Origin: Nymphaea colorata
Taxonomy: Eukaryota
Length of the DNA: 64,000 nucleotides
Direction of reading: 5' to 3'
NCBI RefSeq assembly: GCF_008831285.2
Contig: NC_045138.2
Coordinates: forward strand, 21,824,001 to 21,888,000
The translations under genes and the position numbers were made by a program. The notes below the pieces were generated by a model that worked only from the letters and a program-made list of their open reading frames with translations, was not told the DNA's origin and ran no database searches. This document shows, in pieces, positions 49,600 through 61,896 of the stretch (position 1 is the stretch's first letter; the number at the start of each line of letters is the position of its first letter).

Positions 49600-51800
49600 T
49601 AGCAAAAGGATTCTACTGCCACCATCTGGTAAATGGAAGCATCTTCTGAACAACAACAAATTCCTTTCTTCCAGTTGTGTGTTCTTGGGAGCTTTTCTCT
49701 GATAAGAAAAATGCTTATTTTCAACCAAAGTCCTTTGACATCCTTAATATGTGAAGCCTTTGTATCAATCTCTCAATTTTTTGGAACAGATTTCAGAAGA
49801 ACGTTGTCAAGAACAGCCCCTTAACAGGAACATATTTGCCCATCCTAATGAAACATAAAGGTTGATTGCACATGGAAGGCCATAGACTAGTTAAGGAAAT
49901 TTGATGATTTTGAATATTTTATTACTCACGTCCAAAAACTCATTGAAAAACTCTCTGTCAAGCAATCTGGCATGATCTCTGTTTAGTTTCGCTGACTTTG
50001 CAACAAGAACACATGCTGAATGAGGTCTAGTAACTTCCTTTGTATATCCATCCCACAACGACCATTCAGCGCTTCAAATGCATGCAGTCTCCAACCTTCA
50101 TTTAATCAAGATATATAGGTGAAAACAATGGTCTTAACAGTTCCACAAGTTCACATGAAATTTAACTGGGTTCATCAAATTTCAAGAATGAATTTTATCA
50201 TGCATAAAGAAGTCAACACCAGGAGTTTATCATACCTACTATTATCATCATTTCCAGTAGCACTAACACCCAATATCCCCAAACGTGGGATGGTTAAGAT
50301 GTCCAACATGCCTATGACACTTGGAGCACATTATAATGTATTACGAAGCCATAGATTGAGGAAATGGGCATGTGAACTCTCATACTATGGTTGTTCATTT
50401 AGAGGTTTAAAGGACATTTATTTTTCAGAAGGGTTACTAAAGAATCACATACTACATGTTGTTTCAATAGTCTGAAGATTTTCTTGTTCTTTGTGATAGA
50501 TTGAGAATTACAAGCCAAAGAAAAATGTATGATACTATGTTTTCTTTTCCTTTGGATTGAACATGTTAGATCTCCTAATCCTATTCGTGAGTAAGTCAAA
50601 GACATACTGCAATCTGGCAATGTGTTAATGGACATAATGCAGCAACTAGCTTTTTCCATGTAGCAAAGTCCTGAGCTCATTGCTATTAGCTTTGTGGATG
50701 TCTCTTATCGATGCACTAGAAGTAAGGAGAAATCACCTGACATTTTCCTTTTTCATTCTTGACAAGGCAAAACAGATCCAGAAGTTCGATTTGTACTTGA
50801 CCATTGCAAACTCCACATTTCTGCAAATCAAACTTTGGAACAGTATGGTACCAAAGAATGGATTTGAACCATCATATGTGCCACTGGTCATCAAAGAATG
50901 AATTTGATCCAACAAAGGCCACTATATCATTTTTTTAGCTCTTTCCTGAAGCCTACCATGATTTTTCTACAGCCACTTTGCTGCAATGGTGAGAGTACAG
51001 GACCAATCACTGGACTAATCCTACCCCTCCCCCACAAAGCATAGTTCTATAGTCTAGGAACAGTCCTATAGCCTCATGAATTAGCAGAGGCACTTACACT
51101 CTAGGGAGAAGGACCAAGTGATAGTTTGCACAATTCATTTATTATTGTTTGGCATTGTCACTCTTGTGTTGGATAGTCAACTTAATGCTTGTGATCAGTA
51201 GTAGAGATTCAACAATTTATCAACCAGCTGTACAACAATTTAGAGTGCAGATCCTTGCCTACCATAGCAAGAGATACAGAAGCCGTCCCAAGTAGTGGGT
51301 CTCTTCTTTCGGCCTGCTCTAATATCTCTATATGTAACCTTTCTTTTGGATATGCATTTCATTCTTCAGTTGTCTTATATTGAGAGGACTTGGTTAGCCT
51401 CTTTGATATTTGCAGTGCTTTTCTTCCATTCACCGTGAGGTCTGCCAACTAAGCTCCCTTGGTCAAAAGAAAGACTATAATCTTAGGCTCAGTCTGCAGT
51501 GCAGCAACATGGACCCAGTATATCCCCTGAGATTCCTAAGATTAACATCAGCTAGCTCGATAGCTAAGAGTTCAGTTGTAGACTTAGAATCACAGTAGGC
51601 TACTGCATAATGGAATGCATGTACATTGTCCATCTTTTAGCAATGTAATGACAATTCTCTTAATGTAAGTTGGGATCTATGTTAATGTAATGACATAGCT
51701 GTGTTTTCTGTGAGGACAATCCTCTTAATAAACTTTCTTGACTTTGCATTCATAGCTGTGTCTGGCTGGGTAAATTGGGCCCATGTTGGCTTTAAGTTAT
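49600..51800 (-). mobile_element. Very degenerate Ty1/copia remnant, boundaries approximate
   Basis: Faint ordered motifs: protease-like W-x-x-x-S (~50910), SSGLCY, SRIG, HSIIH-FS, TIETTCSM (cf. integrase ERKNR..ETARSM). Confidence 0.5.
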
Positions 51801-52585
51801 AAGACTAGAAGTAAATTGGAAGAGTCTCTGGGCAACCTTTTTATAGAAGGATCTTGGAAGTGCACAGATTTTAAATTGCTCAGTCCTCTTTGACATTGCT
51901 TTTTTCATTATTTTGCAATTGTGTACATAAAGCATAGCAGGAACTCATGAAGGTGAATCACAGGTCAAGACCCTGACAATGGTTCGTTACTTTACACTTC
52001 TTGAAAAAAGGGGAATCCCAAAATTAGATTTTAGGTTAAACACTTCACTCTTCCAAAATTTCTGTAGATTGCAGTCTATTTAGTTAACTTGATGAAGAAG
52101 TTTGAACAATATTATAGTTTGTTTAGGTCAAAATGCCTTGGGTCACATGCATGAAGATGTTTACTAAACTTGTGGCCATGAAAATAGTATTTTAGAAAAA
52201 TAATTGAATATGATTCTATCTTGGCTTTTTTTCATGATATAGTAGATCTAAAGATAAAATGTTCATTGAGTTGCTCCATTACGTTGGTCATATCATAACC
52301 ATTGTATAAACACCAGCACATCTGCATGCAAATATATATATACAAATAAAATATGAGAGAGTGTGTGTGTGTGGTTGTGTGTCTGCACATATACTATTAT
52401 AGTAAGATACAATTATTGAATTTGGAGCTTTGTGTGTAGAAGAACCTCATAGCTTCAAGTTTTCCTCCATTGGAGGACAACAATTTGATAATGTAGAATA
52501 GATATTCTATGGTATTAGTATGTTACTATCATTTTATGTGTTGAGAAAAGTAAAAATACTTATAGTTTATTTTGGTTCTATGTAG

Positions 52586-53110
52586 GGCAAGTTTAGAATA
52601 TTTAACTGGAGTTCATAATTTTTTGAGCTTGGCTAAGAGGAATAATGCATTTGTTGATGGGAAGATGAAATGTCCTTGTCAAAAATGTAGTAGTTGCTTT
52701 CTACAATACCCATCTGTTGTTTGTGACCATGTGGTTGAATGGTTTTACTCAAAGTTACACAAAGTGGTATTACAATGGTGAAAGTACAACATCATTAGTA
52801 GACAACCGTGGTGGTACATCTGTGTACAATGTTAACCAGATTGATGAATTGACTATGGATGTCTACCAAAAGAGAGACAATGAATCTATAACATGGATTG
52901 TTAATGTAGATAGACCAGATAGTTACTCTAAACCAAATCCTGGCTTCATCAATTTGTTAAAGGAAGCCAATGAAGAACTATATCCAGAATTTGTGCAATA
53001 TACATGGCTATCATTCCTCGTCTGTTTAATGCACATCAAATGTCAATGTGGATTGAGTAACTAGACTTTAACATGATATTAGAGTTGTTGATTGAAGCAA
53101 TTTCACAACA
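52586..53110 (+). mobile_element. CACTA (En/Spm) transposase 5' fragment, pseudogenised
   Basis: EYLTGVHNFL...KMKCPCQKC (transposase-associated domain), GFTQSYTKWYYNGE, LLKEANEELYP...LSFLVCLMHIKC...SN*TFNMILELL. Confidence 0.85.
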
Positions 53111-53399
53111 AGTTGTTTGCATATCCAAAAATTTCTTTTTGGTTTGTTTTTAGAGTACTCCAGAAAAATGAGATTTGATTTTGAAAATGAAAAAAAAGAC
53201 TCACTCGTTGGCACAAAGATTGACCGTTCCCGACGCCTTTACTGGGGGTAACAAATCCAAGGGCGATGCTTATTTTTGATGCATTTCGTTTTGGCTTTTA
53301 CATCTCTTGTAGCTTTTACAAACAAGAAAAGAGAGAGAGAGGAGCGTCTGTTCTAAAACAAGGCGTAAAAAAGGGGCCGTCGGGCCCCTTTTTAATTTT

Positions 53400-53590
53400 T
53401 CCCCATATCGTGTGATACGGGGGTGTATTATACGTATCGTGCGATACGGCTACCATATCGCATGTATCATGCGATACGCATACGATACGAACGCATATCG
53501 TCTTTAAACAGTGTATCGTATAGGTCTTCTTGACCTATACAATACGTATCGTACGATACGCGTCCGTATCGTACGATACAGATAACATTG
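53400..53590. mobile_element. hAT-like element end with cgatac/gtatcg subterminal repeats
   Basis: Dense CGATAC/GTATCG motifs ending gatacagataacattg. Confidence 0.65.
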
Positions 53591-53599
53591 CTACGTACC

Positions 53600-54333
53600 T
53601 TCAATATAGGTGATATTAGAAATGAGCTTTTTCATTTCCTTTGAATGATCCTAGGGTTGATGGAGATATCCTCAAGAGGTCTCATCATGCTAGTTTTAAC
53701 ATGAAGAGGCTTGCTCCTAAGGTTAGAGAAGAAGAAGAAGGGAAGAACAGAAAAAAGGAAAGAGAAAGCTAAGGAAAAATCTAGATTTTCAAGTGAGAAA
53801 ACACTATAGGTTTCCTAAGTGTTGGCTTATGCCCAAGATGGAAGTTGTGGTAGTATTTATAGGGAGTTTTGGAGCCAAAACTCAAAATTTGATTTTTTTT
53901 TTAAATTTTACAAGATTTTCATGCGAATTTAAAATATTTTTGATTTTTTTTTAAAAAAATAAGTTTTGACAAAGTAGGAATGGCTATTAGCCCTGCAAAA
54001 TCCCCTTTGGAGGTGGGCAGGACAAATGCCCACCCAACAAGGTTAAAACTGCTGCCAAAGAGTGGTTTTAACATGAAAATGGGGGCATGCATCGTACGCT
54101 CACGTGTTTGTGTGGTCGCTCATAGCACGCGATCGCGTAGTTGCGGGCGACTGTGCATTGCGTGATGTAGGGTTTAGAGATTCATTTTGGATCGAATAGT
54201 CGTAAATTTATTTTGGTTCTAGGACTGGACGTATGATCCAGAAATTAAATTCAACTGAAATAATTGAGAAATTTGTTTGAGGAAAATGAAATATAGTTCT
54301 TTTTTTTGTTTTTTTTAATTTGGGGTGATAACA
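53600..54333 (-). mobile_element. Possible gypsy-type LTR fragment
   Basis: Minus strand begins TGTTATCACCCC and contains ctataaata followed by a CT-rich leader. Confidence 0.45.
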
Positions 54334-54480
54334 CTGTGCATCTGCTGAGGATGTATTATGAAGCAAAAAAAAAAAAAAAACTTATTAAGTGCATTGGGGT
54401 TTACATTATGAAAAGATAGATATTTGTTGAAATAATTGTATGCTATTTTCGAAACACAACTTAGGCAAACAAAATGTGAC

Positions 54481-54490
54481 TCTTGTAGTG
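54481..54490 (+). mobile_element. Candidate CACTA right terminal inverted repeat
   Basis: TCTTGTAGTG is the reverse complement of CACTACAAGA, downstream of the CACTA transposase fragment; matching left TIR not found. Confidence 0.5.
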
Positions 54491-55366
54491 AATCAAGGTG
54501 GAAGATTAGTAAATCATAGGCTTATAGAAAGAAAATGAAATGGAAAGTGCCAGGAAGACATTACACCACTTCCTTTTGATAGCAAGGTTGAAAAGATTGT
54601 TCATGTCCACAAGAACTACATCAGAGATGAGGTGACGTAAGGACGTATGAAGGATGGTTTGTTGAGATATCATGCAGATGCACTCATGCACAAGCATGGA
54701 AATCCTTTGATGTGCAAATCCAAACATTTGCAACAGAAAGTCACAATGTTAGATTGGGTTTAGCAAGTAATGTTTTTAATCCATTCAGAAACTAGAGTTC
54801 AATACACAGTGTGTGGATAGTATTAATTTTGTGTGTATAACCTACCTCTATGACTTAGTATGAAACAACATTCAACAATCTTATCCTTGTTAATTTCTGG
54901 GTCAAAATCACCTAGAAATAAAATAAATGTCATACTACAACAATTAGTTTATGAGTTGCAGGTATTGTGGAATGGAGCAACAACATATGAAGTGCCAAAA
55001 GAACATTTCCGGATGTAAGCAGCATTATTGTGAACAATACTTGATTTCCTAGCAAGAATTGCCAAGTTGGAGCACAAAAGGGAAACTTGCATGTCCTAAT
55101 TGCCACATAGACATATATTCGTGAAGATTAATTCACATAAAAAAATGTGTTGTATGTGTCATCATAGGTTTTGGCCTATGGATCATAAGCTAAGATGGAA
55201 CCGATCTTCATTTGATGGTGAAGTTGACACTAGGATGGCTCTCATGGCAGCTGCTAGTTAGACTTTTTTTTTTTTTTTTTGTGATGTTACTATCATATAA
55301 TAGGTTATGGTTTTTTTTTCTTGTAGACTATCCTATTCTATAATAAAAGTTCAATGTTTTTCGTTG

Positions 55367-55452
<86 letters not shown>

Positions 55453-55467
55453 ACACACACACACACA
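55367..55467. repeat. Compound (CT)(TA)(GA)(CA) microsatellite
   Basis: Direct reading. Confidence 0.95.
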
Positions 55468-55849
55468 ACAATGTTGATTGCTTGTCCATTGTATTAGTGA
55501 GGCTTTGACACCAATACATTTCATTGACGCCATACAATTAGTAGAAACTGAAGTAGTGACATTGCACAGTCATCGTGGTGTTTGTCTAGCTCGGACGCAA
55601 AGAATGGTGTTCTTCATATGATCAGCAACATGATAGGGTTTGTTGAATTTTTTGAACACTAAACCAAAGTGTCGCAACAATCACTGACACAAAGCAAAAT
55701 CGTCACTCATATCATGGACAAAATACCAAATCGTCGCCCCTACCACTAATGTGGTAAAAATCCTTAAAAGCTAAACAACGAGACCTTCACTGACACCGTT
55801 TGCGACACATTTTTCACATCGAAGCTACTGATCTTCAAAGCGAAAGCAG

Positions 55850-56105
55850 GCAACCGGGCACGGGTCAGCCCGATGTTCGAAACATCGGGCTCAAGCTCAG
55901 GCCCAGCTCGGCCCGATTTATAATAAAAAATATTTTTTAAATTATAAAATAAAATTTCTAAATATAAAATATATATTTTAATAATAAAATAGATTTTATT
56001 AATAATAAAAATTATTTCTTTTAATATTAACGAGCCGGGTTGGGCCCCAACGGGCCGACCTATGCCCGGGCCCTTGCTGGCGGCCCTGCCTGGCCTGGCG
56101 CCGCT
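55850..56105. mobile_element. MITE with GC-rich ggcccg ends and AT-rich core
   Basis: cgggc/gcccg motifs at both ends around an almost pure A/T centre. Confidence 0.6.
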
Positions 56106-56892
56106 CGCTGTTTCAAATGTTTGTTGGGATGAAAGAGTGAAAAAGAAAAATAAGCATGAGATAGAGGGAGGGAGGGAAACTTCGTGCCTCCACTTCCTAT
56201 AGATAAGCAGAGGATGAATTTCCTTTCCCCTCTATGTCTTCTCATTTCCACAACTCCAAATTTTCCATCAGAAAGTGAAAATCTACGCGCCCATAGTAAG
56301 GCCCATTTATTGTGGCAACATTAGGAAAAAAAAAGTAGAACAACTAACTGAGTAAAATAATAAATTTCAACTATTTCTTTTTATAGTAACGAATGTTAAA
56401 CCATGGTTTATTTGACGGTGGTGAAGACTGATGAGAAGCTTTTATTTGAAATATAATCTTTGGAACATTTAGGTGGTGTAGAATTTCCAAATTATTTGAG
56501 TACGTTTCTATGATATGGGCAACAAAGTGTGATTTTGTGAATATTTTACCTATCCTTTTTTTTAGGTAGAGTTTCTTTTTCGCTAAAGACACTTCATATG
56601 GGCAAAAGCAACCGTGATTTGTGTTGAACTATCTTATATCTGCTCATTTTCTAGATTTATGAGTAGAAGTTCAAGTATTTTGTATCTGCCATGTGCCTTT
56701 CCTCAGCAAGTCCACAAAATTATATATTATTCAGATGATCGATGATCGAGGAAATCTGAAACAGCTTCTCCGATCCCCTCCCCAACGCCATGGAAGCTGG
56801 TTATCTAACCATTACACAAATTTTCATGCTCTAAAATATAAAATGACCAAAATACTTGTAGGATATTGAAAAGGAGATATAGTTGATCCTAC

Positions 56893-57126
56893 AACCTATT
56901 TAGAAAGCTAAAGTCATATACTTCCCTCCATCCCCATATAATATTAAACCTACTTTTAGTGCTTCAGGTAGCACCTCGCCATGTTTCAACTTGAATAAAC
57001 CTATTAAGAAAGCTAAAGTCATATACTTCCCTCTATCCCACATAATGTTAAACCTACTTGTAGTGCTTCAGGCAACACCTCACAATGTTTCAACCTATTT
57101 GAAAAGCTAAAGTTATATACTTCCCT
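56893..57126. repeat. ~95-105-bp tandem repeat (about 2.3 copies) in the CRK promoter
   Basis: aacctatt..aaagctaaagtcatatacttccct occurs three times (~56893, ~56998, ~57092). Confidence 0.9.
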
Positions 57127-57410
57127 GGTAAAGAAAAATAATGACTCCACGAGTAGCCATACTTGCCTGTTAATGAAGTAAGCATGACATTTGGGGCTAG
57201 AAGTTAGAATGAGAAAGCAGCAGCAACACGTTAGTAAGATTTTGATTTTGAATTGTTCTTTGCCACTAATTACCATGACCCATTCGGCTTAATCTTCAAG
57301 GTTGAATATGATAGAACGGCAACCACCGCCCGAGTTGAATCTGCCAAGGTGCGGAATATGGGCGCGGGCACCGGTCACCACTTCTGCGTTACACTTCGTT
57401 TCCCTCGACG

Positions 57411-60400
57411 ATGAGGTTGGATCCCCAAATCTTCGTTTTCTTCTTCCTCCAAGCTTTACTTCTTTCTGGCGAAGCATATATTGATCTCGGGTGCTCAAAC
57501 AACACTTCCAACTACACTTCCAACAGCACCTATGAACTCAACCTGAAGACTCTGCTGCTTTCCCTACCAACGAAGGCCGCGTCTCAAGATGGCTTCTACA
57601 TGGGCACCACCGGAGACAGCCCCGACCAGGTCTACGGCCTCACCCTCTGCCGCGGCGATCTATCTCCAGAAGTCTGCGCTAACTGCACCTCCGGTGGCTT
57701 CTCCAAAGTCTTCCAAGTGTGCCCCGGCGGCAGATCCGCGACCTTGTGGCTGGACAACTGCCTTGTCCGCTACTCCGACGCCAATTTCTCTGGAATTGTG
57801 AACGACGGCGTTAACGTGCAAGTGTACAATGTGGACAACGCTTCGGACGTCGCTCTTTACAACAGGCAATGGGGGCTTCTCATGTACAACCTCTCTGTTA
57901 CGGCTACCACAGCCAATTCGAAGCACCTGTTTGCCGACGGCGACATAACGTACACTGATTTTTTGAAGATATACGGGATGGTGCAGTGCACGAGGGACCT
58001 GTCTGCGGATGATTGCTATGGTTGCTTGAGCACACTGATCGGCTTTGTCGGTGGTGGCGTGATGAAGGGGAAGATTGGTGGATTGGTTATCACAGCAAGC
58101 TGCTTCCTTTGGTTCCAAGATTCGCGTTTCTACTCTACCTCCTCCATGTCTGTGTCTCCTCCACCTCCACCTCAGCCTCCTGTAGTTTCTCCACCTCCTT
58201 CTCCTTCCAGTCATGGTGGGGTACCTCTTACTTGCTTTTTTTTTTAATTTTTTAATTGTATGAATATTTATATAGAAAAATGGTAGTTAATTATGAAAAA
58301 TCATGGCGCCTCTACGATTGATTTCTTGGGACCCGTTGGTTTTCCAATAAGGTTTTGCTGAATTCAGCATCGGATGTTTCAAATTTATGTAAATTCAATT
58401 TTGAAAATGTGAAAACATGATACGTATTAGATTCGATCATACAGATTAATAAGCGTAATTAATAGTCTTATGCAATTCATCTGCTCTTAAATTTTGATTT
58501 ATACATCCTATTTTCACTTTTTTCGAGTTCATCTCTGCAGTTAATTTGAAGGCTCCTTTCCGGCCCATATTGGTTTCCTTACCGATATGACATAGAGTGT
58601 ACTGTCTTATTTTTCAATTTGATAAAATTTTAAAAATAAATTAACGTATTATTGATTTAGAAAAATGGAAAATTTTAAAACAAATAATCTGTATTAATAT
58701 CGGCTGATGTGCTTGTTAGAGAGCCATATTGGTAACATTGATTTGAACGACAGATTGATGTATCATCGAGAGTACTGATGCTGGACTTTAAGGCCTCTAA
58801 AAATCTTTTTTGGACATGAAAGTCAAGATTTTCATTCCAGAAAATCTAAAAAGGTTAGAACACAATCAATGAACTGATCTTAGTAGTATTTAATAAAGTT
58901 TGGGTCGACCTTGACTTGGAGACTTTTTTTTTTAAAAAAAAAGACTTTGAGGCCCAACAATATATATATATATATATATATAAGCAAATGCCTGGGACAG
59001 TTGTTTTGTATGACTGTGTGCACAACTGACAACAAATGGTCACAAGTTACTCTGATTAACATAAAACTCAAATCTAAAATCCTCGTCCTCAACAGGGGAA
59101 TTTCACCCGGCTCGCATGAAAGTTCCGGCTTTAAAATTACAGAGATCGAAACTCCCACGCCTGGACTTTTGGTTCTTGTAATTGGGAAATTGACTCGTTG
59201 GAGTTGCTGCCATGCAACTCACTCCCCCTTTCTTTCCCTTCTATAATGGCGGGCCCTAATTGCTTTGAGAAAACCAGACAGTTTGCGAAGTTGACTTGGT
59301 AGTTCTAAATTTCAAAATGATACCTTGAAACTTTTGATCCATTATAAACCTCATAAACTTGAATGGGAGCTCCTTGCACATCCCTTACATAATTCACAAG
59401 TCATGAGTTTTCCACTGTCAACATATGAATATGTTGTTTTCTAGGAAATCCCTTTTTCTTTTCACCATTGTTTTGCTTTCTATGCTTTTTCGGTGCCTGT
59501 TGAGAGAGCCTTCATCACCTTTTCCCTCCAGATCATTTTCGTGGCAACTACAATACATCACCGAATTCCCCTGGTTCGAACATATGCAGGAGCCGATTTT
59601 TGTTTTTGTTTATTCTGATTTTTATGCCACCATTTTGTTTTTCCTTGTCTCATGCGTCTGTCATTGCTTTTCTGTCGATTTTTGTAGCTCCCATGACAAC
59701 ATTTAATCGCATTGCTTTGGTTTTAATCAACTAGCCATTAATCGGGTTTCCTCTTTTTCTTATGTACCATCTTTCATTGTTCGATGAAGAAGGGACACCC
59801 TTCCCGCCTACTGCAAACACAAAGCATAAGAACGTCATTGTCGTCATCTCCGTCTTAGTTCCATCGGCAGTGCTCATTTGCATTGCTTCTGCATTTCTAC
59901 TTGGGAGGAAGAGAGCCGACAAGAGAAGCGGGTTGAACAATCACAGTGGTGAGCAACTGGAAACTTCTGCTGGCCAAGAATTTAGGTCCTTGTCGACGAT
60001 AATGACTGTGGGCTTTCTTTTTCTTCAGCAGATCAAGATGGTGAAGTTGAGAGCGTTGAGTCCTTCATGTTTGACTTGGACTGCATAAAAGCGGCGACCA
60101 ACAACTTCTCCGATGAAAATAAGCTCGGAGAAGGCGGGTACGGTCCGGTCTACAAGGTAAATTCACTTCCAACATCGAAGGGTCCATTTGTACGGTAAAA
60201 TTTATCCGACAAGCATAACATTCAGATGCGATGCTTCAGGGTATGCTGCCTGATGGCCGAACAGTCGCCGTGAAAAGACTGTCCAAACATTCAGGTCAGG
60301 GAGCCAGAGAGTTCAAGAATGAGGTCCGATTGGTGGTAAAAGTTCAACACAGGAACCTGGTTCGGCTTCTTGGCTGCTGCTTGGAGGATGGGGAGAAGAT

Positions 60401-61896
60401 ACTCATCTACGAGTTCGTGCCCAACAAAAGCCTGGACAAACTTTTATTCAGTGAGTTTATAATGTCTAGTGCTTTTGATTTTCCCCTCGTCAAATCCAAC
60501 CCCCATTGCCTCACTTGCAAGAAGAGCTTGCAAGATTCTGACGCAGGAAATGCAAGTTAAATTTTTATAAATTGCTCAATCGGTATAACGTCCGTTCTGT
60601 TGTCTGCTATGATACTAATAACTAGATTACGCATAATTTCCAGTTTCCAATGCTTAAATTCCGATTTTTTTCTAAATAAATGCTGATTTTAAGAAGAAAG
60701 GAAACCATTTTCCAAATTCAAGAATGGAATAAACTTGAAAATTTTGTGTCATAATGAGCAGATTCTTCACGAAGGGTACTTCTTGATTGGGTGAAAAGAA
60801 CCAACATCATTGTTGGTATAGCAAGAGGGCTCGTCTACCTTCACCATGACTCTCTACTCAAGATCATCCACAGGGACCTCAAAGCAGGCAACATCTTATT
60901 GGATATGGACATGAACCCTAAGATTTCGGACTTCGGCTTGGCAAAGCTTGTGGAGATGGATCAGACACACGGCAATGCAACCAGAATTGCAGGGACCTAG
61001 TAATTTTCTAACTTTTTGCCTTAATTCTATGACTTAGTGTTGTCGAGGTGATAAGCACTTGGCCTTAAGAAGAGCAATCCTGAAAAACTCTCATCTTTGC
61101 GGCTGCTCTAGGGAAGAACTAAGTACAACAATTTGAAATTTTGAAATGTGCAGTTTCTTTCTCATTAAAATATTTTTAAGCATGTCTCTAAGCAAGATGG
61201 TTGGGGCTTTCAAATTTGACACAATCCTCTACAACTATGAACACGAAAATGACAGCAGCTAACCTTCGATGATTGGCAGTGGTTATATGGCTCCAGAGTA
61301 CGTAAGTGAAGGTCGTTTCTCAGTTAAATCAGACGTCTTCAGCTTCGGGGTTTTGATGCTAGAAATTGTGACTGCTCGAAAGAACACTTCCGCTGCTCCT
61401 TCAGAGGATGCTCGAAATCTGCTTACTTATGTTAGTCATTCATTTTCCAAACCTTCTTACTTTACGACATTATTTATTTCAAGTTACACATCGACTAAAG
61501 TAACATGCAGTCGCTCGATGTCCTGGAATAAGGAACAGTTTCGAATTTAAACATTGTGATATGATGCAGGCATGGACACTGTGGAGGAAAAGAAGAGCGA
61601 TGGAGTTGATTGATGAGGCAATGGGCCAGTCCTGCGAAACAAGTGAGGCACTAAGATGTATTCACATCGGCTTGCTGTGTGTTCAACAGGATCCAGCGAA
61701 TAGGCCAACAATGTCTTCAGTTCTGCTCATGCTTAGTAGCCCGTCTGTGACTCTGCCTGCCCCTTCTGCTCCTGCTTTCTTCTTGGCAAGTAATGTTCTC
61801 TCGGAGGAAATCCAGTCGAACGATAAAATATTAAATGGGGAAGAGCAACCATATACTGCAAATGACATTTCTATTACTTCAGTAGATGCTAGGTAG
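57411..61896 (+). CDS. CRK: Cysteine-rich receptor-like kinase (2x DUF26, TM, RD kinase), ~671 aa; exons 57411-58215, 59790-59948, 60032-60156, 60240-60450, 60762-60999, 61280-61430, 61570-61896
   Basis: Signal peptide, two C-X8-C-X2-C motifs, Pro-rich linker, TM helix, [38 protein letters not shown]; 211/238/151-nt kinase exons; spliced length 2016 nt in frame. Exon 1/2 junction slightly uncertain. Confidence 0.95.
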
